A stretch of 63,351 bases of DNA, the filler included, from Choristocarpus tenellus KU-1152 (Eukaryota > Protista > Phaeophyceae), in NCBI GenBank assembly GCA_964200185.2. It is 7 parts of 7 records of this genome, joined end to end, with 100 filler letters (N's around TTAATTAATTAA, not from the genome) between each part and the next. Parts side by side here need not be neighbours in the genome. Positions count along the whole stretch, not along the records: positions 21,789 to 33,826 come from CAXNAD020002015.1; positions 33,927 to 50,021 come from CAXNAD020000880.1; 5 more parts are not named here. The stretch is one strand, 5' to 3'. Of the stretch, positions 22,202 through 34,810 are shown in pieces. Position 1 is the stretch's first letter. Every line of letters starts with the position of its first letter. The position numbers were made by a program, and so were the translations under genes. The notes below the pieces were generated by a model. It was not told where the DNA came from, searched no databases, and saw only the letters and a list, made by a program, of their open reading frames with translations.

Positions 22202-23716
22202 GATTTCAGCATCATCTTTCCATGGTGTCCGACTCTCATGTTCATGCACTTTGCATTCCACAAGTTATGCATTTAGATAGTGGAACAAAAGATACGTAGC
22301 TACCGGTCAGAATCGTCAGCGTATCATATATCATACTCACGTTGTTGAGGATCAGATCTGTCTTATCATTTGTTTAAAAAAGTGTCTACTACAATGTTAT
22401 AGCCCTAAAATATACTACATCGATCAAACAACACTTCTCCATCCTCGCGGCTAACCTTTCTAAACGATTCGCCAAGGTCAGCGATGAATACCCTGTCCTT
22501 CTGTGAGCCATTATTTATTCCTTGTACACGATAACGCACCTCCCCCCATTCTTTTCAATACTGTATGTACCACCTCTTGCTTTGCCCAACTGTCGACGAA
22601 CTAGTTTCGATCAAGTGTAGTCATTCGAATCGTAGGGGATCATATGCCTAACTAAGTCCACCCACGATGCCCCTAACCACAGCACCAGCCCAGAACTTGT
22701 GGAGGTGTACCTTGAACTACTTTCCTCGGAACGTACGACAATATTCCTTGACCAATAACCACTCGTACGCACTAAGTATTCCGTCTACACCTTTTGCTGT
22801 ACCTCATACCAACAACTTCAACCCTAACACCCTCAGCGACAACAACCGCGTCTTACTGCATACATCCAACACATGCACAAAAATAAACGAAAGTGATAGA
22901 TTTAAACTGTGCAACAGAGCGAAGGTGTCTCAAAGGGCACGAGTTTTGCCCTGCTTGTCCCTTTAGTGCTTGACTTCTAACCCTTTTTTTATGACATTTA
23001 CCTACTCTGAAACGTTTGTAACTAGGAACATATATACGTCATGAAAAAGGTGCGTCCAGAACAACGATATTGACACTTGCTAACAAACACGATAGCCAAA
23101 TCTACACCAAAATCACAATTTTGGTGTTTGATCCCCATTTCGACACCACTCTACCCTCTAAGACACTTTAGCTCCGTATATTTTGGTTCCTCGTGCACAC
23201 ATCGGGAGAATAGACCCAAACCGACAATCCTCAATGTGTACATTTCATAAACAACCGATGCAAGCAAATAAGCGAACAGAGCAACCCCGCAGCAGACAAT
23301 ATTATTTTTTTCTATTCCTCATAAACAATGGGAAAACACACCCTAACCGACAACCCTCTTTGGGTGCTAACCAAATCCAAGTCATGCAACACCAAAAAAA
23401 ATAGCCCTGGAACAGCCTACCTAGTGTATCTCTAGTTCTTCATCGTCATAACTCCGCGACCAACACACATAAACCAATAAACCTATTTGAGCAGACTCGA
23501 CATCCGACACATGCAAACGTCCAAATTCCTTCCCCAATCAAAACCCGATTATTAAATGGTGGCATATATCCCCGTTGTCCTTGCGTATGCAAGGACAGAA
23601 ATGAACCTAACCAACAGTCTTCTTTTTGCTGACATTTCAAATCCGACACGTGCGACCAAATCACACCAAAAAGGGAAAATCGAAAAAGAGTGAAAAACGG
23701 ACGCCAGCATCCCCGC
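22202..23716. repeat. ~1.5-kb diverged repeat, copy 1 (homologous to 25031-26605), ending in family-A MITE sequence
   Basis: Collinear blocks shared with copy 2, e.g. GCATTTAGA.AGTGG, CTACCGGTCAGA.TCGTCAGCGTATCAT, ACCTTGAACTACTTTC, CCGACACATGCAAACGT, TTTTTGCTGACATTTCAAATCCGACACGTGCGACCAAATCA. Confidence 0.85.
22917..23174. mobile_element. MITE family B (diverged), present only in repeat copy 1
   Basis: GAGCGAAGGTGTCTCAAAGGGCA ... TACCCTCTAAGACACTTTAGCTC; empty site near 26045-26065. Confidence 0.8.
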
Positions 23717-25030
23717 CTAATTCAGTGTGTTCTTTATCATGTAATTCAACTGCAAGCTTCCGGTGACGAGCCTTACATGCGCCAAGTTTCTCAACACTGT
23801 CCAAGTCATGCCTCGAGGATCAAAACTCACTGAGATGGAGAAAGGGATGATTCTGGCCCTCCACAAGGTTGGAGAGAGCCATAGGAAGATCGCGGAGCTC
23901 ATTAGGCGGTCGAAAACTGTGGTAACACCGTTCCTGAAGGATCCATCATCGTATGGAAGTGCACCCAAGTCAGGAAGGCCGTCCAAACTCACCTCTTCTG
24001 CCCGTCGTCAGGTTGTCCGGCATGCAAAACACTCCAAGTTGAGTGCTAGGGAGCTCCAAAACGCTCTAAATCTTGACTGTAGCATACGTACAGTCCAGCG
24101 CTGTCTGTATGATGATGAAACGATCGTGTACAGTATGCGAATGCAGACCCCCGACCTGACACCTCGGCAGAAGGAAGCATGGGTTCGGTTTGCCATGGAA
24201 AATTTCTCACGGGGGCCAGGATGGGGTGATGTCGTATTTACAGACGAAAAGAAAATCGACCTAGATGGACCGGATGGCCTCAAAATGTACTCGCATAATC
24301 TGAGGGATGACCCTGAGGAGTTTGTGAGCCGGCAGAGAGGTGGTGGTGGGGTGATGGTATGGGCTGGGTTTTCCCTCTTCGCTAAGACTGAGCTGGCAAT
24401 CCTGGAAGGCAACCAAGATTCGGAGGCGTATATACGGACACTCTCGTAGTACTTTCTGCCATTTTCCCATCGTACTTATGGTGGTAAATGAATTCTACAG
24501 CAGGACAATGCATCCACCCATGTCTCCCAGGTGACGAAAGAATGGTCCCAGGAGCATGATATCCATGTACTGGAGTGGCCACCGAAATCCCCCGATCTCA
24601 ATCCAATAGAGAACCTCTGGGGGATCATGGCTCGCAAAGTTTATGCCCATGGAATACAATACTCATCACGTTCGATCTGATGGAGTGTGTGAAGAAAGCT
24701 CGGGATGACATTGAGGTTGAAACTATGGAAAAACTGGTTTCATAAATGACCAAACGTTGTATCCAAGTAATTGAAAGAAAAGGGGCTAAAACATCTCATT
24801 AAATAGCACTTTATCATCATCTTTCTCATCTAGCCTTATACTTTTGTCGCAACCTTTCACGACATGTTTTGTACCTACCCACCTTTGATGGTTATAGAAG
24901 ACCTCCAGCCAAGCAGAGAGGGGCAAGAAGTAGAATGAATTTGATTGGATAAAAAGAAATCTGTTTATAATTTAGTTCTCCTTGCTTTTTCTATGATTTA
25001 CGGATGGTCTTATACTTTTGGCGCGGACTG
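23717..25030 (+). mobile_element. Tc3-like DNA transposon; right IR/DR end kept, left TIR missing
   Basis: Ends TTATACTTTTGGCGCGGACTG (reverse complement CAGT...). Inner direct repeat TTATACTTTTGTCGCAAC at ~24836. No matching left TIR. Confidence 0.75.
23808..24802 (+). pseudogene. Tc1/mariner Tc3-like DD34E transposase, full length but inactivated
   Basis: MPRGSKLTE..LKDPSSYG..VVFTDEKKIDLDGPDG..GGGVMVWAGF..QQDNASTH..LEWPPKSPDLNPIENLWG; 34 residues between the second D and E. In-frame stops (first at 24447) and a frameshift near 24670. Confidence 0.92.
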
Positions 25031-26605
25031 ATTTGTGCATCAGTGTACCTTGCCTTGGTGTCCGACTAACTTGTTCATACACTTCCCATTTGATGAGTTA
25101 CGCATTTAGACAGTGGTATCAGATACATTGCTACCGGTCAGAGTCGTCAGCGTATCATGTATCATGCTCGCATTGAGGATTAGACCTGTGTTAGAGTGAA
25201 AGTATCTTAGAGGGTACGAGTTTTGCCCTGTTTGTCCCTTTGGTGCTTGGCTCCTAATTGCTTTTTTTTATGACATTTTCCTACTCCAAAATGTTTTGGA
25301 GTAGGTAAAATGTATACGTTATGAAAAGGTGTGTGTGGAACAAGGACATTGACACTTCCTAACGAACACGATAGGTAAAATTACATCAAAATCACAACAA
25401 TGGATTTTGACCCCCAGATGGACAGCGCTCTACCCTCTAAGATACTTTGACTCGTTATTATTACCATAAAATAACGTGTCTGCTACAAGGTTTAGACAAC
25501 TAAAATATAATACATTAATCAAACAACTCTTCTCCATCTTCTCAGATAACCTTTCCAAACAATTCACCAGGACCTGCGATGGATATCTTGTCCTTCTCAA
25601 AGCCGCAATTTATTCCTTGAACAAGTGCATAACGCACCTCCCCCCTTCTTCTCAGTACTCTATGCACCATCTCATGCTTTGTCCAAGTGTCGACAAACTA
25701 GAACCGATCTCATCCTCCTTCGAATCTTGGAGGATCATATACCGAAGTCCACGCACGATGCTCCTAAGCACAGCACCAACCCAGGACCTCTGGAAGTGCA
25801 CCTTGAACTACTTTCAGAGAAACGTACGACAATAGACCTTGACCAATAACCACTCGTATACACCTCCAGATTCCGTTCACACCTTACATGAGAGATATAA
25901 TGCACTAAACCGAAAACAAGACCTGACCTTTTGCCCTTCCTTCATAGCAACAATTTCAACCCTAACACCCTCAGCGACAACCGCATCTTATTACATACTA
26001 AATCCAACAGATGCATGCAAATAAATGAAGTATTACATTTAAACTGTACATGATATATATCAGTTTTGGTTCCTCGTGCACACACCAGGAGAACAGGCCC
26101 AAACTGACAGTCCTCTTTCTGTACACACCAGACACGACTCATGCAAGCAAATAAACGAAAAAAAACTCCCGACAAACTATATTCTTTTTTTCAATTCCTC
26201 ATCCAACAGTGGGAAAACACACCTTAACTGACAGCCTTCTTCCTATGTCAAACAAATCCCACTCATTCAACCAAACAAACCAATATCCAGTCCTTGAACA
26301 ACCTAACCCATATCTCTTATTATTTATCATAACTGCACAACCACATACATAAACCAATAGTCCAGTTTCAACAGACTCGAAATCCGACACATGCAAACGT
26401 CGAAACTCCTACCCAAACCCAAATAAAAGGTGGCATATAGTCCCATTCTTGCGTACGCAAGGACAGGAAGGAACCTGATCAACAGTCTTCTCTTTTTTGC
26501 TGACATTTCAAATCCGACACGTGCGACCAAATCAAACCAAAAAGTGAAAATCGAAAAAAGGGTGAAAAACCGATGCCGGCACCCCCCCCCCAGATACTTT
26601 GACCC
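25031..26605. repeat. ~1.5-kb diverged repeat, copy 2, ending in a complete family-A right TIR
   Basis: Homology to 22202-23716; terminus CCCCCAGATACTTTGACCC. Confidence 0.85.
25194..25453. mobile_element. MITE family B, present only in repeat copy 2
   Basis: TIRs GAGTGAAAGTATCTTAGAGGGTA ... TACCCTCTAAGATACTTTGACTC; 4-bp TSD GTTA/GTTA; empty site near 22360. Confidence 0.92.
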
Positions 26606-27513
26606 TTCACAGTCCTTCATCAAAGCACCAAAGGGCCGGGTCCAGTGTGGAATATTTCAACATGCTACATAGCGGACCGATTTTTCCTGGGACGTGTGCT
26701 GATCAACGAGGCTAGTAGTGAGGAAGTTACTGTTTACAAGATATCTGCCAGCAACCCCACCAAGGTCACCAACCTCCCCACGTTCGCTGGGAAGTAGAGA
26801 GAGGATTTCCTCGCTTTTGCAGTGAGAGCTCAAGCTACCTTTGGAGTCTATGACCGTGACCTCGGTCTTCATGGCGCCGACATCATCTGTGGGGGATCAG
26901 TCTGGGCAGTGGACGTGGAGTTGAGGTTCAGACTTCCAGCATGAAGTTCGTCAAGTCCTTCAAATGTCGAAGGGAATAACCATGCTCTGGTTGTGAGTGC
27001 AGGAAGGGGGACTGCTGGTAGAAAGGGTCGCGTATTCTGTTTCATGTGTGGCAAAGATGGCCACACCAAGTACAACTGCCCCGACCTTGATCGGGCTACA
27101 AGACTGGGGGAAGATGACAGTCAAGTTAGAAGATGTGCGAGATGCACAGGGCTAGGTCACGAAGTGGGCAAATGTCGTCTGAATGTTCGAGCCAGGGAGG
27201 GACAACAAGACCTTCTTGAGGGGGGCTAAGGAGGGAGCGCATATGGTATCGACCACAACTCCTTCTCCCCCAACCGAATCTCGAGAGGTAGAAGACATCA
27301 GTTCGAGACTGGGCAGGTTGGAAGGTTTCATCAGAAGCTCTTACTTCGGTGACAGAAAACATTACCCCTTGAGACTGTCTTCCCTTGTGTTTACTGTTAT
27401 TCCAAATGATTTTATTTGAGTTGTCCCCTATTTGTCTTGTGTATTTTAGTACATACCCACAGTACTCAAGTGACCACTGCGAAGTTATATGCACACTGGC
27501 TTTTGATAGAAGA

Positions 27514-27772
27514 GAGTCAAAGTATATTAGAGGGTAAAGTCGCGTCTATTTGGGGGCCAAAATCCAATGTTGCAGTTTTGACGTAATTTTGGCTATCATA
27601 TTTGATAGGAAATGTCAATATCCTTGTTCTGGACACACCTTTTCATAACATACACTTTTTACCAACTCCGAAACATTTTGGAGTAGGTAAAATGTCATTA
27701 AAAACCCGTGGGAAGCCAAGCCACAAATGGACAAACAGTGAAAAACTCGTAGCCTCTAAGATACTTTCACTG
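27514..27772. mobile_element. MITE family B inside the LTR element
   Basis: GAGTCAAAGTATATTAGAGGGTA ... TAGCCTCTAAGATACTTTCACTG; AGA on both flanks. Confidence 0.9.
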
Positions 27773-27894
27773 AGAGCTATTAAAGCAAGGGAGAGATTTA
27801 TTTTTGTTTGTGTGTATGGTATCTCAGTTGTAGGGGAGTCGACTAATTAGTGCTACTCTTTTCCAAGGATTCACTTTAGGCGTTGCACTAGGGA

Positions 27895-28680
27895 TATTTC
27901 ATGGATCATGGGAGACGCAACATAGTATTGCTAAGGACCCCGCTATTTCCAGGGTCGTGGGAGACGCAACATGGTTTTGCTAAGGACCCACCATTCCATG
28001 GATCGTGGGAGACGCAACTTGGTATGGCTAAGGGCCCACAGTAGAAAAACACCCCAGAATGTGCTCGTAGATATTGTGATAGGATAGATAGGAAGCAACA
28101 GCCCCACCATATTACTGTATTCCGGACTTGTAGTAGTGATGTACTAGGGAAATTTTGTTGATTGTAGGAGACGCTGGATGTATTGCTAAGGGCCCTGCCA
28201 TTTCATAGATTTTGGGAGACGCAACATGGTATTGCTAAGGACCTGCAGGAGAAGTATCCGATAGTTTTTCCACTGGAGACTACAATAGGACGGTAGATAT
28301 GAGGTAGCATCTGTGTTCCAGTGACCTGCAGTAGTGATGTACTAGGGAGATTTTGTTGATTGTAGGAGACGCTAGATGTATTGCTAAGGGCCCTGCCATT
28401 TCTTGGACCGTGGGAGACACAACATGGTATTGCTAAGGACCTGCAGGAGAAAGTAACTGAGAATGTTTCCATATGAGACTCCAATAGGACAGATGGGCGG
28501 CTGATTCTTAATTACCCCAGATCAATATTGATGGTAACTATTGTTTTTCTATTTATTGCATGTAATGATGTACTAGGGAAGGTTTGTTGATCGTAGGAGA
28601 TGCAACATGGTATTGTTGAGGACCTGGAGGAGAATGTACCCGAAAATGTTTACGCAAAGACTGCAATGGAACGGTAGTAG
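27895..28680. repeat. Higher-order repeat: ~48-bp units (GGAGACGCAACATGGTATTGCTAAGGACC) nested in ~190-230-bp blocks
   Basis: Eight 48-bp-type units; blocks each begin GTAGTGATGTACTAGGGA. Confidence 0.85.
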
Positions 28681-29704
28681 ATTGATGACTGATTTATAGT
28701 ACCTACACAAACCCAACGTCAACATTGATGTTAGGGTGTATTTGTGGCATTGTTTTTGAGAGAGCTAGCACAAGTTTGTTTTTCTCTAGTTTCAGAGAAG
28801 TGGATTTTTAGGGTGCATATTGTCTGCGCAGCAAGGGAGAGTATTCGTAGATAGTGCTGCTGATACTCTATAGATACCACCAGTGGATTAGTTAATAGGA
28901 TGGAGAGCCAATGATAGATATACCAAATGTATTGACTCACTGGGGTTCATCGATTTGTACAATTTTCAAGATACACTTACCATACTTAAGACAAGTAAAT
29001 AAGTGATTCATAGTAAATTAGTGTGGGCGATTGCAAACCCCACGCTATAGGAATAGTAATGATTGTTTAGGCTTGTCTCGCCGTCCTATTCAGTCAATGG
29101 AATTGAGACCACACGCCCCTTGTAATATTAGCAATTCACATCTACATCAAGCTATTCACCGTCCTTCATCAAAGCACCAAAGCCGCGGCTCCAGTGTGGA
29201 ATATTTCAACAAAACAGACCCACAGGCTCCCCATAGTTAGTAAGCGGCAATCTCCAATTTCCTGATCAAATCGGTAGACCACTGCATAAACTCCAACCCT
29301 AATCCCTCTGCTACTTGACGTCTGGCTCCCCTTCCCGCTTGCTTCCTAGGCATTCTTTTTTGAACGGATTACTATCAAGCTCAGCTCATGGGGAAGAAGA
29401 ACAACGCCGATTTAGTACAGTCGTCACAACAAAACACTCAGGCGAGACGGATCGATTGAGGGGCCGATTATGGCTCACTCGTCAAAAGCAGTTTGTTGTG
29501 GTCGCTTCCATCCAGATGAAATACCATTGTGGTCTTTCCGTGATCTCTTTGGTGAGGTGTGATCTTTTTATGAAGTACCCTTTGGTGTGTGGCGAATCAA
29601 TTCAGCTAACGGTTCTGTTCCTGTTGCTAGATGAGGATTATATTTCCTGACAAAGTTCATAGAACCTAAGAAAGATAATAATCCTTTCACCATTTGAGGG
29701 GGAT

Positions 29705-29790
29705 GAGTGAAAGTATCTTAGAGGGTACGAGTTATTCTCTGTTTGTTCATTTGGAACTTGGCTTCCCGTGTTTTTGTCGTTCACATTCCT
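29705..29790. mobile_element. MITE family B, left part only
   Basis: GAGTGAAAGTATCTTAGAGGGTACGAG. Confidence 0.75.
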
Positions 29791-32700
29791 CAGTTATAGG
29801 TAGTTGCCAATAGACTGATTGGATATCTAGACAAGATCAATATTTGGAACCCTCCAAGGTGGATAAACACTCATCCATGGATGGAAAAGGTCAAGAATTA
29901 CGTATCAAATGTTTATTAATGGTTCCTCTAAAATCCACACAGAACCGAGGTGATCCATCAGGCTTTGCAACAATGGTAGCAGGGGGTGCCCATGGGCTAG
30001 ATGAGGGTTATACAATGCCCTGTTTTTCCATATCTGTTACACATTGACGAATAGTGTTGCGTATTTTTGGTGCCGCGCGATACTGTGGTCTACTAACCGG
30101 TTTAGTACCTGGTTGTAGTGGAAAATCAAACTAAGTAGTGGTACAACAACCTAATCATTTTCAGATAATGAAAAGACTGGTCTGAATTTAGTCACAATAT
30201 CTAGTAATTCCTCTTGCTCAGAAAGTGTCATTTGTGTATTTCCAAAAGTCGTCTTAGAAAAACCTTCTTCAATCCATCCCTAGCTTGTTTCAGTTCTTCG
30301 AGAGTAGAGGGTGTGGCTGCAACTGCATTTATTGTGGCATCTGAAAGAGAACATACAGTTGATACAGGGGAGGTACGACCAATTACAAAAATTACTGGTA
30401 ACTTGACCCCTTTTAGAGAAAGATTGGCAATTTTGACTAAACATCCTCCATCTTCGTCCCAAATAGTGAGGGTTCGACTGACCATAATATGTTGCCAGTG
30501 GGGATGTGGATGTATGTCGTCCTCTTGCTGAAGGACCAGTCGTAGTATAAATGATAGGTTCCACCACTGCATCGGTAGCTGTTTCTCGGAGTGCCTGAGA
30601 ACAAACTGGGACACGTGTTTCCGTGCCAGGGGGAAGGTAAATATTTTTTACTGTATGTACTGGTGTAATAAACTCGGATGTGATCACTAAAATTGAAATA
30701 TGAGATGATGCATTTCCAGTCTCTGGCAAAGTATATCTTGGGGAGGAACAGATGGGAAGGGGTATAATTTTGTGTGTTGCTGGAATGCACTTATCACTGT
30801 CTTTACATGAGTGAAAGTATCTTAGAGGGTACAAGTTCTGCTCTGGTTATCCATTTGGGGCTTGGTTTCCCACCTTTTTTTTTAATGACATTTTCCTACT
30901 TCCAAAACATTTCGGAGTAGATAAAACGTATAAGTTAGGAAGTTGTGTCAGGAACAAGGATATTGACAATTCCTAACAAACACGACAGTCAAAATTACAT
31001 CAAAATCGCAGAATTGGATTGGATTTTGACCCCCAAACGAACGCGGCTCTACCCGCTAAGATACTTTGACTCAAATGTTGCGTCATAGGTGCTATCTCTT
31101 CAAAATCTGAGTCTGCCCTAAACAATAAGTCCCTAGTTGTACTCTGATTTTCTAACCCTACAGGTTCCGGGGAAACAGACCCTGTATGGCACCCCTATTT
31201 CTGACTAGTCCTTGTGCGTTTTTTGCCGGGTTCGTTATCATCTTGGTCGGTGTTTGAACTCGCAAGGCCCAGGAGCAATGAGGTCGTGAGGCGAGCAGTG
31301 AGTGCTGACACCAAACGTTCTAATGACGTTTTCAGCATGAAGATCAGGTCAATCCCATTTAGCAGGCCAGTCCCGAAATTTCCTTGAGGGATGATAGTTG
31401 TTGCCATCAGGGTTGGCCCAACAGTCATCCGTAGCATGTCCCCAACGTGATCTCGCTTGGTGCCCTTCAAACTCACAAATCAGACGGGAATCGTGGGGCT
31501 CAGGCAGCATCAAAATCAGTGGTCGTGTGGTTCTCTCAGGACTTAGAATACGTATTTTTGCCTTTAATTATCTATTTTCGGTAGCTAGACTTTTGGTGAT
31601 GTTGAGTAATGGTCCCATGTCCGCAAATCGTAAGTCTGTCATGTGCAAGGTATCCAAATTATCCACCGATATACTTGGCGTCACTATGTGTGCAAATGAT
31701 CCTCGGTCGAGACTTGACATAGCTGACGCTTGACCGACGGCAGCATTGACAAGTCATGCAACGGTTTCGTACTGTTGATGGCTCGAAGGGAAGACCCCAA
31801 GGATTGACGGCAAGAAACCAACATTGAAAGCACAATATCTAAGGCGATCAGTGAGTAATGTGTTTCGATCGGCTGGGGAAAGGTCAACTGGGTCAAGGTC
31901 GGACCTATCTTGAGGGTTGATTCACAACTCACGCATAAAAGCGTCAATTGCCTCAATCACACGTCTAGCAAACGTCCTAACGTCTTCTCTAGGGTGGGGT
32001 CTTGACGAATGACAATAATGTTTCGGAACGTTCTATCTAGTGGATTAGGCACAGAAAATTCCTTAAGGCTAGCCGTTACAAACTCTTCCCATGATGAAAC
32101 ATTAAGAGTCTCATAAAAAGATCTAACACTTGCTTGATCTGGCGTAGTACCTCTAGGAATACACATGTCACCTAAAATCTGGTCGTAGGTTGGGATGCGG
32201 GATTCTTCAACAGATTGACAATTGACCATGGCAATAGCGCCAACACGAATCTTAAGTGTTGTGAGTAATTTGCCAAAATTTGACACTTGGGATCCTTGCT
32301 CTTGTACATCCTAAAAACGCATGGGGGGTAGATCTTTGTGGGACGGGATTTTTAAAAGGCAGCTTGTGTGGGAAGTGTCAGATACCGAAAGACTATTGGA
32401 CTCAGGATTTGAAGCACTCATTTTCATGTTAAGAGTTTGCATGACTGTTGCCACTAAACCTTGGTCATGCGGAGCCCCACTCATCGCCTCATCAACAATC
32501 TTCGTTGTTGTGGCGTAGGCAAATTGACGATCCATGTACGTCTGGAGGTCAAATGTCGCCATGGTACCGTCTTCACCCGTTCTTTCTTGGTCTTTGCCCA
32601 GCACACTAAACCGGTTCAGACCCAAGTTACGGGCAGGGCCTTCCTTTCCTCAGCCTCTCCTCCGCCATCCCTTCTCACTCTAGCGAGTCACCAGGGGTGC

Positions 32701-33000
32701 CTTTGTCTACAGATGTAGACGCAGGAGTCGCTAGAGGATGGTTGTTAGTGGTACCCCCCTCTTTACCACCGTCAATCGTTGTGCTTACGGTCGCCTTCTT
32801 CTTCCCTTTCCTTCCCGAAGTCTTCTCCTTGCTGGTGGAAGTAGAAGCGGCAGTAGGGATAGCTGTAGGGTTGGAAATGGTCCCACTTCTCTCTGTATGA
32901 ACGTCTCAGTGTGGACAGACATAATGTGAAAAGGTGAGATAGTCCCCTTGAACACTCAGCGTGAGTACCATTGTGGAAGCGTCAAGGCGACAAAACTATC
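29790..33000 (-). mobile_element. Degenerate Ty3/Gypsy retrotransposon (gag with decayed zinc knuckle, start of RT)
   Basis: Minus strand 30130-29790 reads PLQPGTKPVSRPQYRAAP..QGIV*PSSSPWAPPATIVAKPDGSPRFCVDFR..PFPSMDECL..LEGSKY*SCLDIQSVYWQLPI (Gypsy RT N-terminus). RLICEFEGHQARSRW at ~31440-31485 is a mutated CCHC. Long gag-like frame 31684-32625 broken by stops. Confidence 0.85.
30809..31072. mobile_element. MITE family B inside the Gypsy element
   Basis: TIRs GAGTGAAAGTATCTTAGAGGGTA ... TACCCGCTAAGATACTTTGACTC; flanks ACAT/AAAT (3 of 4 match). Confidence 0.9.
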
Positions 33001-33826
33001 TGCACAAGGGGGCAATCACAATCACCAGACTGAACTCTTCCACCTCAGAGAGTGGGACCGAGTTTCACAGGTCTTGGCCCAACATCTCAAAGTCAGTTGA
33101 GGAAATCCAAAACAGAACAAAACCATGAATGAACAACAGATGTCCCAGAATGACTGAACAGTGTCACAACAGAGAAATGGATCGGTCAGAATAGGAAATG
33201 ATCTTCGTTCTCACAGTCCTTCGGGCTGGTCAAATCCAGATCTCATGGGTGTGGTTAGTTTTACGAACTGGTCGGTATGGGCGAGTTCCAATGACGTGGT
33301 TGGCGCGCGCAAATGTATATGACCGCATGTCATATCCACAAATGTGTGTGTCGGAGATATCAAAAAAGGAACCTCTCCTTGACATATGTTACATATTTCA
33401 TGTGTTTCAATCCATGAAATATTTTTGTTTGTTGAAGAAATGAGATCATATTTGTCCTCATCCTGTTTACCAGAAGTCAGAAAGTGCAAGAATCTGACCA
33501 TTTAATGACAAGTCGAATATGCCAACCATATATTTCCACAATAGATGCTTCCTCCCTTGATGTCGAACCCAAACCTAGAACTGGAATAAGCAGTCCGATT
33601 TCGATTGAAGGTTCAAAAGTCCTGTTCACCAGTCCCCAATACAAATATGCAGTAAACAGCGGATCATGATAATGGCGGATGGATCATTTCATGGAGGATG
33701 ATGGGTTTGACCGAAATGGTGCGCGGAAAGTGCCCATATGTTTTTTTTTGTAAATATCCTAAAACTTTTTTAGGGCCCCTTTTTGAATGGGAATCCATGA
33801 CAAGCCCCACAAATGGATATATTTTA

Positions 33827-33926
33827 NNNNNNNNNNNNNNNNNNNNNNNNNNNNNNNNNNNNNNNNNNNNTTAATTAATTAANNNNNNNNNNNNNNNNNN
33901 NNNNNNNNNNNNNNNNNNNNNNNNNN
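33827..33926. other. Artificial contig linker
   Basis: N/TTAATTAATTAA/N. Confidence 0.98.
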
Positions 33927-33940
33927 CCCCTTTCCCCTTG

Positions 33941-34124
33941 GGGGTAAAATTTGTGGGGGGGGGGGGGGGTGTCGGCGTCCGTTTTTCTCTCTTTTTTCGA
34001 TTTTCACTTTTTGGTGTGATTTGGTCGCACTTGTCGGATTTGAAATGTCAGGAAAAAAAGAGTTGTTTGACCAAAACGGACGCCCCCTGACAAACCACCA
34101 CCCCCCCCCCAGATGCTTTGACCC
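33941..34124. mobile_element. MITE family A
   Basis: Closely matches 7701-7884; right TIR CAGATGCTTTGACCC; flanks CTTG/TTTG. Confidence 0.88.
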
Positions 34125-34580
34125 TTTGCTTTTCATACTTGTGTAACAAATTGTTCGAAATAACTACTGGAGTACATGGTCATTCCGTCAGTAAATGGTT
34201 CATTTCTCGATTCGTGTATTACTCGCAACAGTTCCACCTATACTTACACAAGTATTTGAACATACGGTCTCTGCCAATACACGTTTCCTACAGCAAATTC
34301 TTGAATTATTATATTCCCAACGAAGAGTAGAAGAAATCAACCTCCACATCTCTAAAAAAGTCTCGAAACATCTGTAATACCTTAATGCCATGCCTTCCTA
34401 TCACTTTCGAATGTGCAATCACGAGCAATCATAGTATTTAACATGTAGTGCACTTCCTCTCAACTATCATTTTCTCATATCTCAACAAGTCTAATTCACT
34501 ATTTATATAACAGGCAAACATTCAATCAAGAAATACCAAGGTTGGACGGTCGTTGTTCCACACCAGTCTGAAAGACTTAA

Positions 34581-34810
34581 ATGGCAGAACGTCAAAGGAG
34601 AAAGGGAAACGGGCGGGGGGTGGTAGTACATGAAAGAGATAAGACCAATGGATTCGAAGAGATGAACCCAAGGTACAGGAACCTTGAGTGCCCTATTTGC
34701 CTCGATTACATGGCGGTGGTATTAGTGCTTCCTTGTGGACACAGTGGCTTCTGGAGCTGCATAGACGAATGGTTCGGAAATGCGATCAAATCTACCTTCT
34801 GAAATGTGTA
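34581..34810 (+). pseudogene. C3HC4 RING-finger fragment, probably pseudogenic
   Basis: LECPICLDYMAVVLVLPCGHSGFWSCIDEWF; one ligand is replaced (F) and the frame stops before the last CxxC. Confidence 0.5.

Larger units (their letters stand above)
26606..29211 (+). mobile_element. Internally deleted LTR retrotransposon: 5' LTR remnant 26606-26662, gag with two zinc knuckles, 3' LTR 29032-29211
   Basis: TTCAC.GTCCTTCATCAAAGCACCAAAG..TCCAGTGTGGAATATTTCAACA at both ends; CFMCGKDGHTKYNC and CARCTGLGHEVGKC at ~27038-27180; LTR runs TG..CA. Confidence 0.7.

Noticed and set aside
25480-25860. Penelope-like RT C-terminus on the minus strand of the 1.5-kb repeat
   Set aside because: The frame is not conserved between the two copies and similarity is too weak
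27895-28680. CRISPR-like repeats with intervening sequence
   Set aside because: Repeats are degenerate, the spacers are homologous to one another and irregular in length, the context is eukaryotic and no cas genes are present
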